Origin: Eledone cirrhosa
Lineage: Eukaryota
Direction: 5' to 3'
Assembly (NCBI GenBank): GCA_964016885.1
Contig: OZ024742.1
Coordinates: 281,790,001-281,854,000 of the forward strand
Length of the DNA stretch: 64,000 nucleotides
Both the position numbers and the translations under genes were made by a program. The notes under the pieces are model-generated. The model was not told where the DNA came from. It saw only the letters and a program-made list of their open reading frames with translations, and made no database searches. Shown piece by piece: positions 12,323-26,387 of this stretch (its first letter is position 1; every line of letters starts with the position of its first letter).

Positions 12323-12584
12323 ATATTGTCAATTTACTTTTCAATTTACATATCATATCTATAAGCATATATACTTGTGTATGAAACCAATACGCACACT
12401 GCATATGCTATCAGAAAGCCGCCCGTTTCGGTTTTTCTGCTAGTCAGCATAAATAAAATAGAGGTAATCCAACAACCATAACAAATAAAAGTTGTCTAAT
12501 ACGATGGGAAGAATCTCAAGTATGTGAAATGGTTCACATATCTTGGCAGTAAGGTGAACTAAAATACAACTCGCGGTGACGAGA

Positions 12585-13240
12585 TAATTAATTGTATCGG
12601 GAAAGCGACGAGTGCATTTGGCAAGCTCCGTCATCGCCTTTTGAATGAGAGGGGCATAAAATTGGACACCAAGGTAGAGGTTTATACAGTTGTTGTAATA
12701 ACCAGACTCTTATGTGGATCAGAATCTTGGACTCCATATAGGCCACACATCAACCAACTAGACTTCTTTGTTGTCTGCGCAACCTGTGGATACACACTCG
12801 AAGACAAAATATCTAACACTGACTGCTTCACTAAGTGCAAGATTGGACGCATTTGAACATTTCTTATGAAATCACAACTATGCTGGGCTGGTCAAGTCAT
12901 TAAAATTAGTGACAAAAGAATACAGCCAGCTTGATGGTAAATATAAAAATGTTGGACGGCCATGGCTTAGGGACAAAGTTGAAGGGTTATCTTTCAGCAA
13001 ACAATATGCCTTATGAGACATTTGAGCAAGTGGGTTTGCAGCGGAAGAACTGGAGTTCTGCGTATCATAATGGGATCAGGAACTTTGTTTATCCATAAGC
13101 TACAAGAAGCAAAAGGAAGGAAGAAACTATTATCAAACATATCAGTAAAATTATCCAGTAAACCTAACCCTTATACGATCTGTGGACTTGCTTGCAAATT
13201 CATGGCAGGTCTATACAAATATCCAAACGGAATGAACTGA
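12585..13240 (+). mobile_element. RTE/BovB-like LINE 3' fragment
   Basis: IGKATSAFGKLRHRLLNERGIKLDTKVEVYTVVVITRLLCGSESWT..LEDKISNT..QLCWAGQV. Confidence 0.8.
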
Positions 13241-13313
13241 ATATGTTGTTTCTATCTCTATACCTCTATACTTCGAAATCGACGGGAAAGTCCATCATAT
13301 ACATATATATATC

Positions 13314-13371
<58 letters not shown>

Positions 13372-13374
13372 TTA

Positions 13375-14489
13375 TCTGTATATATATAAAATTAAGTACG
13401 TGTGTGTGTCTGTGTATTACCTATAGAGCCCTACATCTTACGACCGATTTTGATGAAACTTTACAGGCTCATAGATTATTCATCGGGGAGTGTTTTCTAT
13501 GTATCAGCGTATCGTTTTTTTTATTCCGGGGTCATTCTGCAGATAAAACTCGATAGGGGGTCACCTTTTTTTAGGTATCGAAAAATAAGATTTTTGGCTC
13601 TAGCTCCCACATTTTGCCACCGATTTCGTTCAAATTTTAAAGCAGAATAGAATGTATCATTGTACATCCTGTAATAGCTTTATATTCTGCATTTGTTGTT
13701 CAGTGACGGTGTGGCAGCCGCTTAAATATTCAAAAATATTAATTTTAGACTCAAATTTCCACTTTTTCGGCTGTAGCTCCCACATTAATCAACCTACTTT
13801 GTTCAAATTTTACACTACGCTAGATCTTATTTCACGTCTTAAATTGGCTTTACATTTTGGATGTTTTGTTCAGGAATGGCGTGGCAGCCGCTTAAATATT
13901 CGAAAATACCACCTTTTCGCTCAAATTTCCGCCTTTGCGGCTCTAGCTCCCACATTGCCATCGCGTTTACCATTGTGACATTGCCATCTGTCAACTTTAA
14001 TCCTCAGATAGAACTTTCCATTACACATCTTCTAATTGCTTCACATTTCGTATTTGTTGGTCAGGGAAGGCGTGGCTGCCACTTCAATCTTTAATACTTC
14101 TAATAAATCATCTTAACTTTTCACCATTTGCTGCAAATGATGTTTACGATTCTATAATTCCATCCAATTATCCAGTTGATGGTCAAAGGCAAAACGATGG
14201 CATGTGACGTCGTCTAAGCTTTTAGTTGTGTATTTGAGAATTCATCGGTTTCCAATCAAGTAGCGTGAGCAAATTTGGCTTAGTGTTAGAGGTCATTACC
14301 TCCCTCCCCCAGCATGCCCCTTCGTCAGTCACCCGCGTTTCTCGGTGATAAAGATCATCACCACCCTCCCCCGCATGGCCTGTGTGTGGCCATAGATGAG
14401 TCATCGAGAAGCAGTCGCTAAGATCAACACCTTTTCATCAAAGCAGATATTATTTTACCTACCCAGGCAACACTGGGTACTGCTGCTAG
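13375..14489 (+). mobile_element. Non-autonomous Helitron
   Basis: 5' A|TC(tgtatatatataaaat); 3' hairpin acccag-gcaaca-ctgggt then CTAG|T; three internal repeats of about 170 bp. Confidence 0.75.
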
Positions 14490-14728
14490 TATATGAGAGA
14501 GACATATATATGCCATATATATAAGGTGTATCACAAAGGATATATTTCAAAGGTCTATATTTTTTAAACACATGACCTTACAATCACACGGTGACTTGTA
14601 CAATACATGTCTGAATAGAGAGTTTTATTCTTCTTTTATAACTTTTAAAATTTTCTATAAACCTACTTCCATATTGAGCAGTGGTCGAATTTGTAAATAA
14701 AATCGGATGATACATTTTTTCACACCCT

Positions 14729-14760
<32 letters not shown>

Positions 14761-14800
14761 TCGCTTGTATTGGCCGATAATACTTCTTGTTGTTTTAATT

Positions 14801-14838
14801 GCCCCAATGAGTCCTTAATAGGACGAAACATTGTTGGC
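14801..14838 (+). ncRNA. Degenerate hammerhead ribozyme (core CCAAUGA)
   Basis: gcc-CCAATGA-gtcct-taat-aggac-GAAA-cattg-TT-ggc followed by aataaa; two core substitutions. Confidence 0.5.
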
Positions 14839-15610
14839 TAATAAAGACTTTTGATGTATTGAAGGCTTCTTTGTTTTACTTTCATAATATATATATATGT
14901 ATACATGAGTGTATGTGAGTATGTGTGTGTGTGTGTTTGTTTGAGTCTTAATAAGGTGTGGTAGTTTGCTTGAAGCATTGTGGAATATGAGATACAAATA
15001 CAAATAAAACATGTTTGGTTATTTGGAAGCCCGACAATCTGTGTTTGATAAAAATGCCAAGGTCATAAGAATGTAGAAGATAAAAGAACACAGTAAAGTA
15101 AAGTAACAATGGGGACGATAGGAAGTCACCATAGGAACTTTTAATGATCGCAAATAATTTCGAATTTGTCATCCATTTTCAAGGGTGAGGGAGATCTCAG
15201 AGAAATGTCGCAAGTGGTTGTTCCATTTATTTTTGAATAAAAAAAATTTGTTAAAATTCTATGTTTTTTGCGCATTATGTAAAAAGAACGTGTGTGAGTA
15301 TTTGTATGATATATATATGCGTGTGTTCGTGGGTGTAAGTGTGTATGTGTAGTGAAGAACACATTTTTAAGTGTAAAAGAGTAAAGGTGTGTAAGCGTAG
15401 TTTGGTCTGCAACATTTTTGCTTGCTAGCTTGCTACTCAAAGCCTATAAGAAATGTGTCTGCAGCTAGCATTGGTCGCGCCAATCTTGGCTAGGAAACGA
15501 ACGTTCTTTAGACCAAATAGATGAGATGCTTATACTATGGAATATTCAAACTGGACATATTGGACCAGCCATTATGCTGCATTCCTTTCCATTCTATTAT
15601 TAAAGGGAGT

Positions 15611-15831
15611 CGGGCGGTGGATTGGGAGTATCGGTAGAGGGTCGGACGCCATTCTTTGCAGCATAGAGTTACGCCCCTTTATGATCTGATTTCAAATCCC
15701 ACCGAGGTTAACTTTGCCTTTCATCCTAACGAGATCGATAAGATAAAGTACCAGTCACGCACTGGGGTCGATTTAATCGACTTTCCCCTCCCCCAAAATT
15801 GCTGGCCTTGTGTCTATATAAGAAACCATTA
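15611..15831 (+). mobile_element. tRNA-derived SINE (family A, long-tail variant)
   Basis: Family A head and body plus the extra ggggtcgatttaatcgac segment. Confidence 0.85.
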
Positions 15832-16034
15832 TTAAAGGGAGTCTTTAGCTGCTTAATTAAGAGGGCTTCCTTGATTCTCAGCCTGCCTATACTGTGCTCG
15901 GTGGTGGTTATTTTACTGCCCCTATTTCCGCATTTGATGATGTGTTTGCGGAAGAAAAAGGAGTTGATTTTGATGGACTCTTTAATTCGGATGTGTAAGT
16001 ATCGAATATATATATATAAATATGCATGTATATA

Positions 16035-16157
<123 letters not shown>

Positions 16158-16970
16158 TTCGTGTGTTTCATGTTTTTGTAGTAGACCCCCACCCCCACTC
16201 CCCACCTCCATCAGTGACATGAATCTTTGAATTTTATGTTTATTTTACTTTTGGTTCTGAAGATGGTTCGGTTTTTATAGCATAGATTTTATTTTTACGG
16301 ACTGAAATATGGTTCGGCTTCTGAAACAATTGTAAACCAATAAATATACTTTTTCAAGAATTTGATTATGTATTCTTTGACAATAATTTATATATACATA
16401 TATATATATATTTATATGTACATATACATATACACACACACAGCTAAGCACAAAATTAGCCCTTTGCGACATCCAGTGACCCACTCACCTTCTTCAAAGC
16501 ATGTACTTTGGTGTAAGCTCAACTGGAAATATTGTGTGCATGTGCTACGTGTATTTGTCTATCTGTGTCTGTTTTTGTTTATTGTATGTTTGCGTATGTG
16601 AAAGCGTTTAGCTTAGTCTTTAGGTTATTCGGTTCAGGGCCCTTTTGTCGTGATGTCGATTGTCCCTGTCGCGTTTTTTCTTTGATCAACACACTTTATT
16701 CACGTTCCTCCGGCCCACGCAGCCTTGTCTCAAACTGTGTTACGCTAAGTGTCTGTAAGGATTACTTTAAAGATGCACGTGTCTGTGGATTGCTCAAACG
16801 CTTTCACGTTAAGTTCATGATTATGCTAGAACACTCGTCGTCGAAATCAACGAAGGTCCAACGTACGCATATGTTTCTGTATGTGTGTCTTCACTATTAT
16901 TTAAATAGGTGTGTAGCTGACATTTTTGCTCATCAGAGGCTCTGTATAGATTATATTATACATTGTTGAA

Positions 16971-17184
16971 TAGGGCGGTGGATTGGCAGTATCGGTAGAG
17001 GGTCGGGCGCCATGCTTTGACGCATAGAGTTACGGCCCTTGCCATTCTGAGTTCAATGTTGAATGAGTTCAAATCGCGTCGAGGTTTACTTTTCCTTTCA
17101 TCCTTACGGGGTCGATGAAATAAAGTACAAGTAATACAGTGGGATAATTGCTGGCCTTGTGCCAAAAGTAAAAACAATTATTTA
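16971..17184 (+). mobile_element. tRNA-derived SINE (family A)
   Basis: A and B boxes; flanking duplication attgttgaa. Confidence 0.85.
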
Positions 17185-17495
17185 TTGTTGAAGAGAAAAT
17201 GGAAGAAGAACTGGATTCTCTGAGAAATAATTGTCTCCTAAAATTTAGTTACGAGTTCAGCTTGAACAACGAAATTACCTGTTTTCACATTTTAATATAC
17301 AATATTTTTTGTCATAATTCATTTATCCCCATCTCCAAAATACGCCATAGGTTATTCTTTTCCATCTTCGTGCAGTGAGAAATGAGGGAGAGAAAGAGAG
17401 TGATATATATATATACATCCATTCATATAATACATATTCACACACACACACACACACACACATAATATATATATATATAAAAAGAGAGAGAGAGA

Positions 17496-17574
<79 letters not shown>

Positions 17575-17699
17575 GCTGCTTATTTAAAAATGCATTTTCA
17601 CTGTATTTTAATTTGGAAGATGGATGTTTAGCTGCCTGTCGGGTGGTTTCTATCCACTTACTGTCCACACGTTGCAGCAAAGGGAACCATAGTTGTTGT

Positions 17700-17743
<44 letters not shown>

Positions 17744-17925
17744 TGCTGGTGCTGCTGCTGCTGCTGGTGGCAGTGGTGGCAGTGGTGCTGTTATTGGCGG
17801 TGTTTCTGATGGCGATGGTGGTGCTTGTTTAGTTCTGTTTACTTTTGTCGTTAGGCAAAACTTCATCTAGTAGATCAATAACTAAAAGCGTTCCTGCAAT
17901 GCCAATCCCGTTCTATCTTGACCGT

Positions 17926-17981
<56 letters not shown>

Positions 17982-18127
17982 ATATATATATATCATATAT
18001 ATATATACATGATTCAAGACGGTAGATTGTGTATTTTTGGGGTCTTGCTTATAGTAGATCAAGTACTAATTATAGGCTTTCTTGTTTTCTCTACGTTATT
18101 GACAGTGATGGAGGTAATAATGATTTG

Positions 18128-18320
18128 TACTATAGGCACAATACCAGCAATTTTGAGGGAAGGAAAAGTCGATTAAATCGACCCCAGTACATTACTGGTA
18201 CTTTATTTTATCGACCCTGTAAGGATGAAAGTTAAACTCGGCGGGATTTGAACTCAGAACGTAAATAGGTGTAATCCTATGACATAAAGCATATTATCCG
18301 ACGCTCTATCGATACTACCA
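18128..18320 (-). mobile_element. tRNA-derived SINE (family A, long-tail)
   Basis: Similarity to other copies. Confidence 0.8.
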
Positions 18321-18353
18321 AGTGATTGGCAGTATCGGTAGGGCAACAACATT

Positions 18354-18545
18354 AATAACTTTTTCTACTTTTGGCACAAGGCCAGCAATTATTCCAGTGT
18401 ACTACTGGTACTTTATTTTATCGACCGACCCCATAAGGATGAAAGGCAAAGTTAACCTCGGCGGGATTTGAACGTAGAATGGCAAGGGCTGTAACTCTAT
18501 GCGTCCAAGAATGGCGTCCGACCCTTTACCGATACCGTCAATCCA
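18354..18545 (-). mobile_element. tRNA-derived SINE (family A)
   Basis: Similarity to other copies. Confidence 0.82.
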
Positions 18546-19332
18546 AACATCAATAATATTCTTCGCGTGTGTCGTCCGTAGATTTTAGCTTCTTTAAATA
18601 CCTTTTACACATTGTCAACACTGCTGCTGCATCTGATCTGCTGCTGTTGCATCTGCTGCCGCCATTGTTGTTTAACCTCAGGTCATATTCTATCGAAAAT
18701 AAGTGTAATCAAACCATTCCAGACGTGATCATAAGGGTTTGTATGTGTGCGTATGTGTATGTATGTGAGTGTGTTTGAATGTATGTGAGTATGTGTCTGT
18801 ATGTGTGTGTATGTGTGTATGTGTGTGTGTGTGTGCGTGAGTGTGTTTGAATGTATGAGAGTATGTGTGTGTATGTGTGTGTATGCGTGTGTATGTGTGT
18901 GTGTGCGTGAGTGTGTTTGAATGTATGTGAGTATGTGTGTGTATGTGTGTGTCTGTGTGTGTATGTGTGTATGTGTGTATATGTGTGTATATGTCGGCTT
19001 TTACATATATATTTATAGCTAAAACTATAACATACAAGTCTTCATTTTTGTTTCCTAAACAGCTTAGTATATTATATGAATGAGATTTGGCTGCTAGTTT
19101 TGGCAGGTCGAGGGAATACATACAGTCTCCAACATGTCTATCACTGCCAATGAGAAATAATAAGTCAATTGACATCTCCAATCACACGTTTTATTTTCAA
19201 TATTTTAAAAAAAGCATACATTGTGCACGAGGAATATTGCAATCCAAAAAGACAGCCTAGAATATCTTTTGATAATTAATCATGGCTAAGAGCTAAACAA
19301 ACTACCACGACCATGTATTTTTTTTATAACCA

Positions 19333-19551
19333 TAGCAGTATCGGTAGAGCGTTGGACAAGATTTTTTGCAAAAAGAGTTACGGTCCTTTACGTTCTGCGT
19401 TCAAATCCCGCTGAGGTTAGCTTTGCCTTTCATCCTCACGGAGTCGATAAAATAATGCGCCAGTGATTTAATCGACCCCCCCCCCCCCCACCACCACCAC
19501 CACACACACAAAAGTTTGTTGGCTTTGTGCCTAAATCAGAAACCGTTATTA
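19333..19551 (+). mobile_element. tRNA-derived SINE (family A, long-tail)
   Basis: B box GTTCAAATCC and conserved body. Confidence 0.8.
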
Positions 19552-19907
19552 ATATTGTTCACCCAACTAATGTTTGTGCTCATTTAGCATATACACTTGC
19601 GGCGCACAAGCAGTTTCTTTGGCATGTTATTAATAGGGGTTCCATTTCTATCATTTTCTGTCTCAGAAGGTGGGATTTGATCTCATGATGGACAGAGCGG
19701 AGCACATAATACGCAAGGCACTGTATAGGGTACTTTAACGTGTAGTCCGTTCTGAAAAACTAGAACACTAATCGTCGAAACCTATGAAGGTATATTTACG
19801 TTTACCTCCATCAAACTACTTCAGCAAGTATGGGAAAAGCTATGCTCCACTGATGAGGTTTAACAATGCTGGTAATATATCCGGAGTTGTCTCTCATACT
19901 TGCTGAA

Positions 19908-20130
19908 ATAATGGTTTCTTATATAGGCACAAGGCCAGCAATTTTGGGGGAGAGGAAAGTCGATTGAATCGACCCCAATGCGTGACTGGCACTTTATTTT
20001 ATCGACCCTGTAAGGATGAAAAGCAAAGTTAACCTCGGCGGAATTTGAACTCAGATCATAAAAGGCCGTTACTCTATAATGCAAAGTATGGCGTCCGACC
20101 CTCTACTGATACTGCCAATCCACCGCCCTT
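19908..20130 (-). mobile_element. tRNA-derived SINE (family A, long-tail)
   Basis: Flanking duplication ttgctgaaataat. Confidence 0.88.
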
Positions 20131-21107
20131 ATTTGCTGAAATAATCAAAGCCTTACTAGTCATTGATTGGTATTGTTTGTTCTTTGACTCATCGTCTAAT
20201 TATTTCTAGTTCAGCTTTTAAATAATGCTCTTTACATCACATATGTTAACACTAGAATATCTAAATATACCACAGCCTTTCTCTTGAATGACTTTAACGG
20301 AACCACTCAGTTACCAACATTTAGGCCAGGAGTCGGATTTGAGGATATCTTCCTCACACCATTCCTCTGTCTCACCAGTCACGAACGACATAAATAGAGT
20401 CTTTATAGGCGCCACCTTGCCTCAAGATCGGGTGATAAATATACATTTAAAGAGCTTAAATTATACGTATGATATATCTAGGAAATATCATTAAGACTAC
20501 TAAATGTTTACGTGATATGTAGGTATTAAAGCATATCAGAAACATATAAATAACTGGATTTCCTTCCATAATTCCTTATTTTTCCTAAAGAATTATCCAT
20601 TGATTTCTCCTTTCATTTTTATTTTTATTTTCATGGATCTTTAATGTTTCTTTTCTGTATGTTTTTGCTACTATTTTTTTTATCAGCAACGTGTTTCCAC
20701 AAAAAAGGTCTTGCAATTGCAATGTGATATGTTGATAGGATATTTTCTTTGAAAAAAATTAATTTTTCTCTCCGAAATAAAATTACTGAAGTTTTGACAG
20801 GAGTGAATAAATTCACCTTAACTTTATTTTTTTTTTTTTTGTTTCTCTTTTTCTTTCTGACATTTTTTGGGGGCCAGTTTTTACAACGCTATTAAGAAAA
20901 GTTTCGATTTGATCCTATCGATTCTAATATAGAGGACGTCATGATGCTTGGAATATTGTGGTTGTTGTTGTTGTTGTTATTGTTATCATCTCTAGCAAAG
21001 ACCGTTCCTGTGATTTGATCAAATAAAATATGGAGTCAGTGGTGGTAGTGGTGGTAATGGTGATGGTGATGGTGGTGGTTGTGGTGGTGGGAAATATATA
21101 AATTTAA

Positions 21108-21221
<114 letters not shown>

Positions 21222-21339
21222 AAAAAGAAACAGATTTGACAGGAGAAAAGATATATAAATATATGGAATATCTTATATTTTATGTCCTGCGATTTACACA
21301 TGGGGTGGAATAAGTGCATCTCTCTCATATTTTTTTCCC

Positions 21340-22070
21340 TGTGAGAAATAATAACGTTGGGGAGACGAAAGTGTGCAGAGTTCAATCGCATACATTCAGG
21401 CTTATGTTTGTCTTTTTCCAAGCTCCCTGGATGCATCAATTGCTGTCAGGCAGCTTGTGAGTGAGGTTCTGTATGACGACTTGCTTCTCGCATCTTTATT
21501 TTGCCTGACACTGCCAAAAAGGATCCGGAGATCCTGAACATTGTATATCTGAAGTTGAGATGTAAGTGTACAGATCCAACTTGAAAATTAGACATTAGCT
21601 CATCCATCACAATGAAAACTTCCAACGTCAACAAAGTGATTCTGACTGTTTTCTTCGGCTACTACAGGCTTTGTGTATCACATGCTCACCAGACGTACAA
21701 ACAACTACAATGCAATACCCTCAGGAAAATATTCTGACGTCTTCTTGATGTATAAGCATCACAAAATTGGCAGCTAAATCATGACAACGCACGGCTCTTT
21801 GTTCGAAGGTGAACCAACGTTCCTTAGAAAAGAAAGGCATTTCACTCAGTTGCCAGTCACCCTACTCTCCAGACATGTATCTTCCTGACATCTAGCTGAT
21901 ACAAAAATTGAACTGACCACCGAAGGGCCACCGCTTTAAGTGCCGGGAGGACATCAAGCAGGCTACGACGGTGGAGCTGAGCGGCATTATGTAAGAAGCA
22001 TTCCAAATGTGTTCCAAATAGTGGAGGTATTTCTGGATTAAGTGTATAAAGACAGAAGAGGGCTAGTGCG
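21340..22070 (+). mobile_element. Tc1/mariner transposase remnant
   Basis: Scattered motifs: IIT.GDES-like near 21350, HDNAR (catgacaacgcacgg) and PYSPD (ccctactctccagac); heavily frameshifted. Confidence 0.6.
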
Positions 22071-22149
22071 AATGGGGTTAGCAAGTTAACCCTAGCAAGT
22101 ACATAATTTTGAATCGAGCTTAAGGGCGGGTGCATTTACGATAGACATT

Positions 22150-23285
<1,136 letters not shown>

Positions 23286-23847
23286 TAATATGCATGATTC
23301 CATCAACGCAGGAAAAATGAATCTAAATATCATGTTATACGCTACCTTGTTTTCTTCGTTTTGTTCTTGTTGCTGTGTTTGTTGTTTTGTTGTTACTGCT
23401 GTTGCTGCTACTTCTGCTGCTGCTGCTGCTGCTACTGTTGTTATGTAGGCAAACATAAATTGATGAAAGAAAGAAGCAATTTTCTTTCCATTTCCTTCTT
23501 ACCGAAAGGAATATGTCCAGTATATTTGCATTTTTTGTCATTTTTCAGCTTTATCCACTTGTCGTTTACGGGGACGATGTGTGTATATGTGTATGTTTGT
23601 TTGTGTTTATACATATGTTTGTGTTTGTTTTATCATATTTCCTGCTTTGATTTCTTTTGAAAATGTTCCATTGGATCCCACTAGGTATACTGCAGTGAGC
23701 GGATCTTCAGAAAGTTATTATGCGAGTAAAAGAATTCCTGTATTATAACATACGTGCGAAAAATCGTAAACCTCCTGTACACATTTTGTCGTAGGTTTGA
23801 AGAGATTTAAGTTGCTCACTGAACTTTTCTGTAAGTCATAGTAAATA

Positions 23848-24055
23848 TAATTGTTTCTACTTTAGGCACAAGGCCAGCAATTTGTAGGGAAGGGAAAAGT
23901 CGATTAAATCAACCCCAGTGCATTATTGATACTTTATTTATCGACCTGTAAAAATGAAAGGCAAAGCTAATCTCAGCGGGATTTGAACTCAGAACGTAAA
24001 GGGATGTAACTATATGCCGCGAAGTTTAGTGTCCGACGCTCTACCGATACTGCCA
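23848..24055 (-). mobile_element. tRNA-derived SINE (family A, long-tail)
   Basis: Similarity to other copies; tandem with the next copy. Confidence 0.82.
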
Positions 24056-24069
24056 TAGTATATATATAA

Positions 24070-24273
24070 TATAATGGGTTTTTTTTTATACAGACACAAG
24101 GCCATAAATGTTGGAGGGGGGGGGGGGTGAAGTTGATTAAATCGAACCCAGTGCGTGACTGGTACTTTATTTTATCGACCCCGTAAGGATGAAAGGCAAA
24201 GTTAACCTCGGCGGGATTTGAACTCAGATCATAAAGGGCCGTAACTCTACCAATATATCCATTTCACCGCCCT
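24070..24273 (-). mobile_element. tRNA-derived SINE (family A, long-tail, head partly deleted)
   Basis: Similarity to other copies; atagtaaatataa flanks the SINE pair. Confidence 0.8.
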
Positions 24274-24643
24274 ATAGTAAATATAACGTCACTTGCATGG
24301 TGGCAGATCCACTGAGTTGTTGCTGTCGGATGTGTTAAAATCCCGCCGACATCAACATAAATGAATACATCAAGGAGCCACAGATTCGTGGAATTGTATG
24401 AGCTGTATCCCTGTTCTGGCTCTGTGCGTTCTCAGTTCAAATCTCGCCGATGTTATGTTTCTTTAAATTCTTTCGGAGTCGGGAGATATGTAAATAAAGG
24501 AGCTGTAAATTGGAGGAAGTGTTAATGCATGATGCGTTCTGATTCATAAGAAGCTGGCTAAACCTATACACGTGCGAGTTGAGAACTTTGTCACCAGCGC
24601 TGATTATGTCATGAATCTATAATCAATACACATAACTTTCAAA

Positions 24644-24755
24644 TCTTCTTCTTCTTCTTCTTCTTCTTCTTCTTCTTCTTCTTCTTCTTCTTCTTCTTCT
24701 TCTTCTTCTTCTTCTTCTTCTTCTTCTTCTTCTTCTTCTTCTTCTTCTTCTTCTT
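24644..24755. repeat. (CTT)n microsatellite
   Basis: Directly visible. Confidence 0.97.
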
Positions 24756-24949
24756 TCTCTCGGTTGTCTTGCCTGGAGAGCCATAGGTTCGGTTAGATTT
24801 CAAACCCCAATGATTCACCAAAATACTTATGTGACAACGGTGCCTCTACGACTCCATCAGAAGTGAAGGCTCCGCTTAAGGAGGTGTGGAAAATTGAAAA
24901 CCTCAGTAGAAATTGTATTGTGTGTTTGGCTGTTCGAGGGAAAGAAGCA

Positions 24950-25096
24950 AGGTGGGGAAATGGCAGAGCCGTTACATCGTCGGGTCAAATATGTTAAACT
25001 ATTTATTTCGGGTCTTTGCAATCTGAGTTAAAATCTCGACGACGTCAGCTTTGCATTTCATTCTTTTAGCGGTCCATAAATAAATCATGGTACCAG
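24950..25096 (+). mobile_element. Old, diverged family A-related SINE
   Basis: tggcagagccgtta..gagttaaaatctcgac..tttgcatttcattc..ataaa..gtaccag. Confidence 0.55.
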
Positions 25097-25904
25097 ATAT
25101 TGGTGAAATTGTTAGAAAATTATCTGTTCCGACTCTGAACTTTCTAACTTCAAATCCCGCCTCCTATCATCGGAAAATGATCACATCATTAAAATATCCA
25201 GAAAACCGCTTATGAGATTCAACCTCATAAAAACTGCTTAAATCTATACATGTTTGATCGGTAGCAGCCACAATGTCAAATAGCTTTCAAATGATCCAGC
25301 TCAATTAAGTTTTCATTGTTGTTGTCGTTGATATTATATTTCTTGTTCTGATTTCTTTTGAAAATCCTTCGCTGGACCCCACGGGGAATATCTTAAAATG
25401 TATCTTAGAAAGTGATAAAGCGAGTAATTCCTGTATATCAAACGTGTGAAAAATCGTAAATATCGAGTAGAAAATGTATTTGCTTGGTAATGAGAGGACT
25501 GAAACTATTTCTATCGCTCATATGATGAGTTCATTGTTGATATACATAACGTTCCAGCCGTAGCCACTCCATACTGGTTAATGTGTCATTCTTTATTTAT
25601 AAAAGATTGAGGTTTGATTTCTGGGAGGTTTGACTGTTATTTCTACCAGTTCGTGAGACGTTATAGATATTCTCGTTTCAGCTTGTTACTGTTAGTATTG
25701 CTGCTTATTGAACAGAAAAGTGATCAACGAGTTTCCACCTATGATCACCCACCTGAGAAATTACGAACAGTACCTTTAAAGATAGTATGAGGGTTAATTC
25801 ACTGCCATATGAATAATAAGGTAACTACCATGGCAGATATATATAGAGAGAGAGAGACAGGAAGACATATATAGAGACAGGCAGAGAGACAGACATAGAC
25901 ACAG

Positions 25905-26006
<102 letters not shown>

Positions 26007-26387
26007 AACATGGTTTACAAATGAGCTTAGATATATAGAGAGAGAGACAGATATATAGAGAGATAACTTTCTTTTATTTGCCACCAGGGCATCAAAGAGC
26101 GGCACAAGTACAGTGGGGGGAGTTTACATAAAAAGGCGTCCTCACTAAGTAGGAGGCAATAACAAAATATAAAAATATAAAATATAAAATATAACAAAAA
26201 TAAATTGAATAACAAAATCCTCAATAGGGAGGAGGCGCCTTGGGGGGTCGCGCACACACCCCTAAAAAAGTGTGCAACCCTTCTCCTCAGGAGCACAGAG
26301 AGAGGGTGCTTCCTTGATCTTTCATCTTTATCACCTACAGTCTGGTGTAGAGTGAAGTCCCATTCATACGGGCCATTCTCGCCACTT

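Noticed and set aside
17438-17866. Poly-Q/poly-A ORF resembling a transcription factor
   Set aside because: Translation of (CAA)n/(CAG)n and (TC)n microsatellites with no domain.
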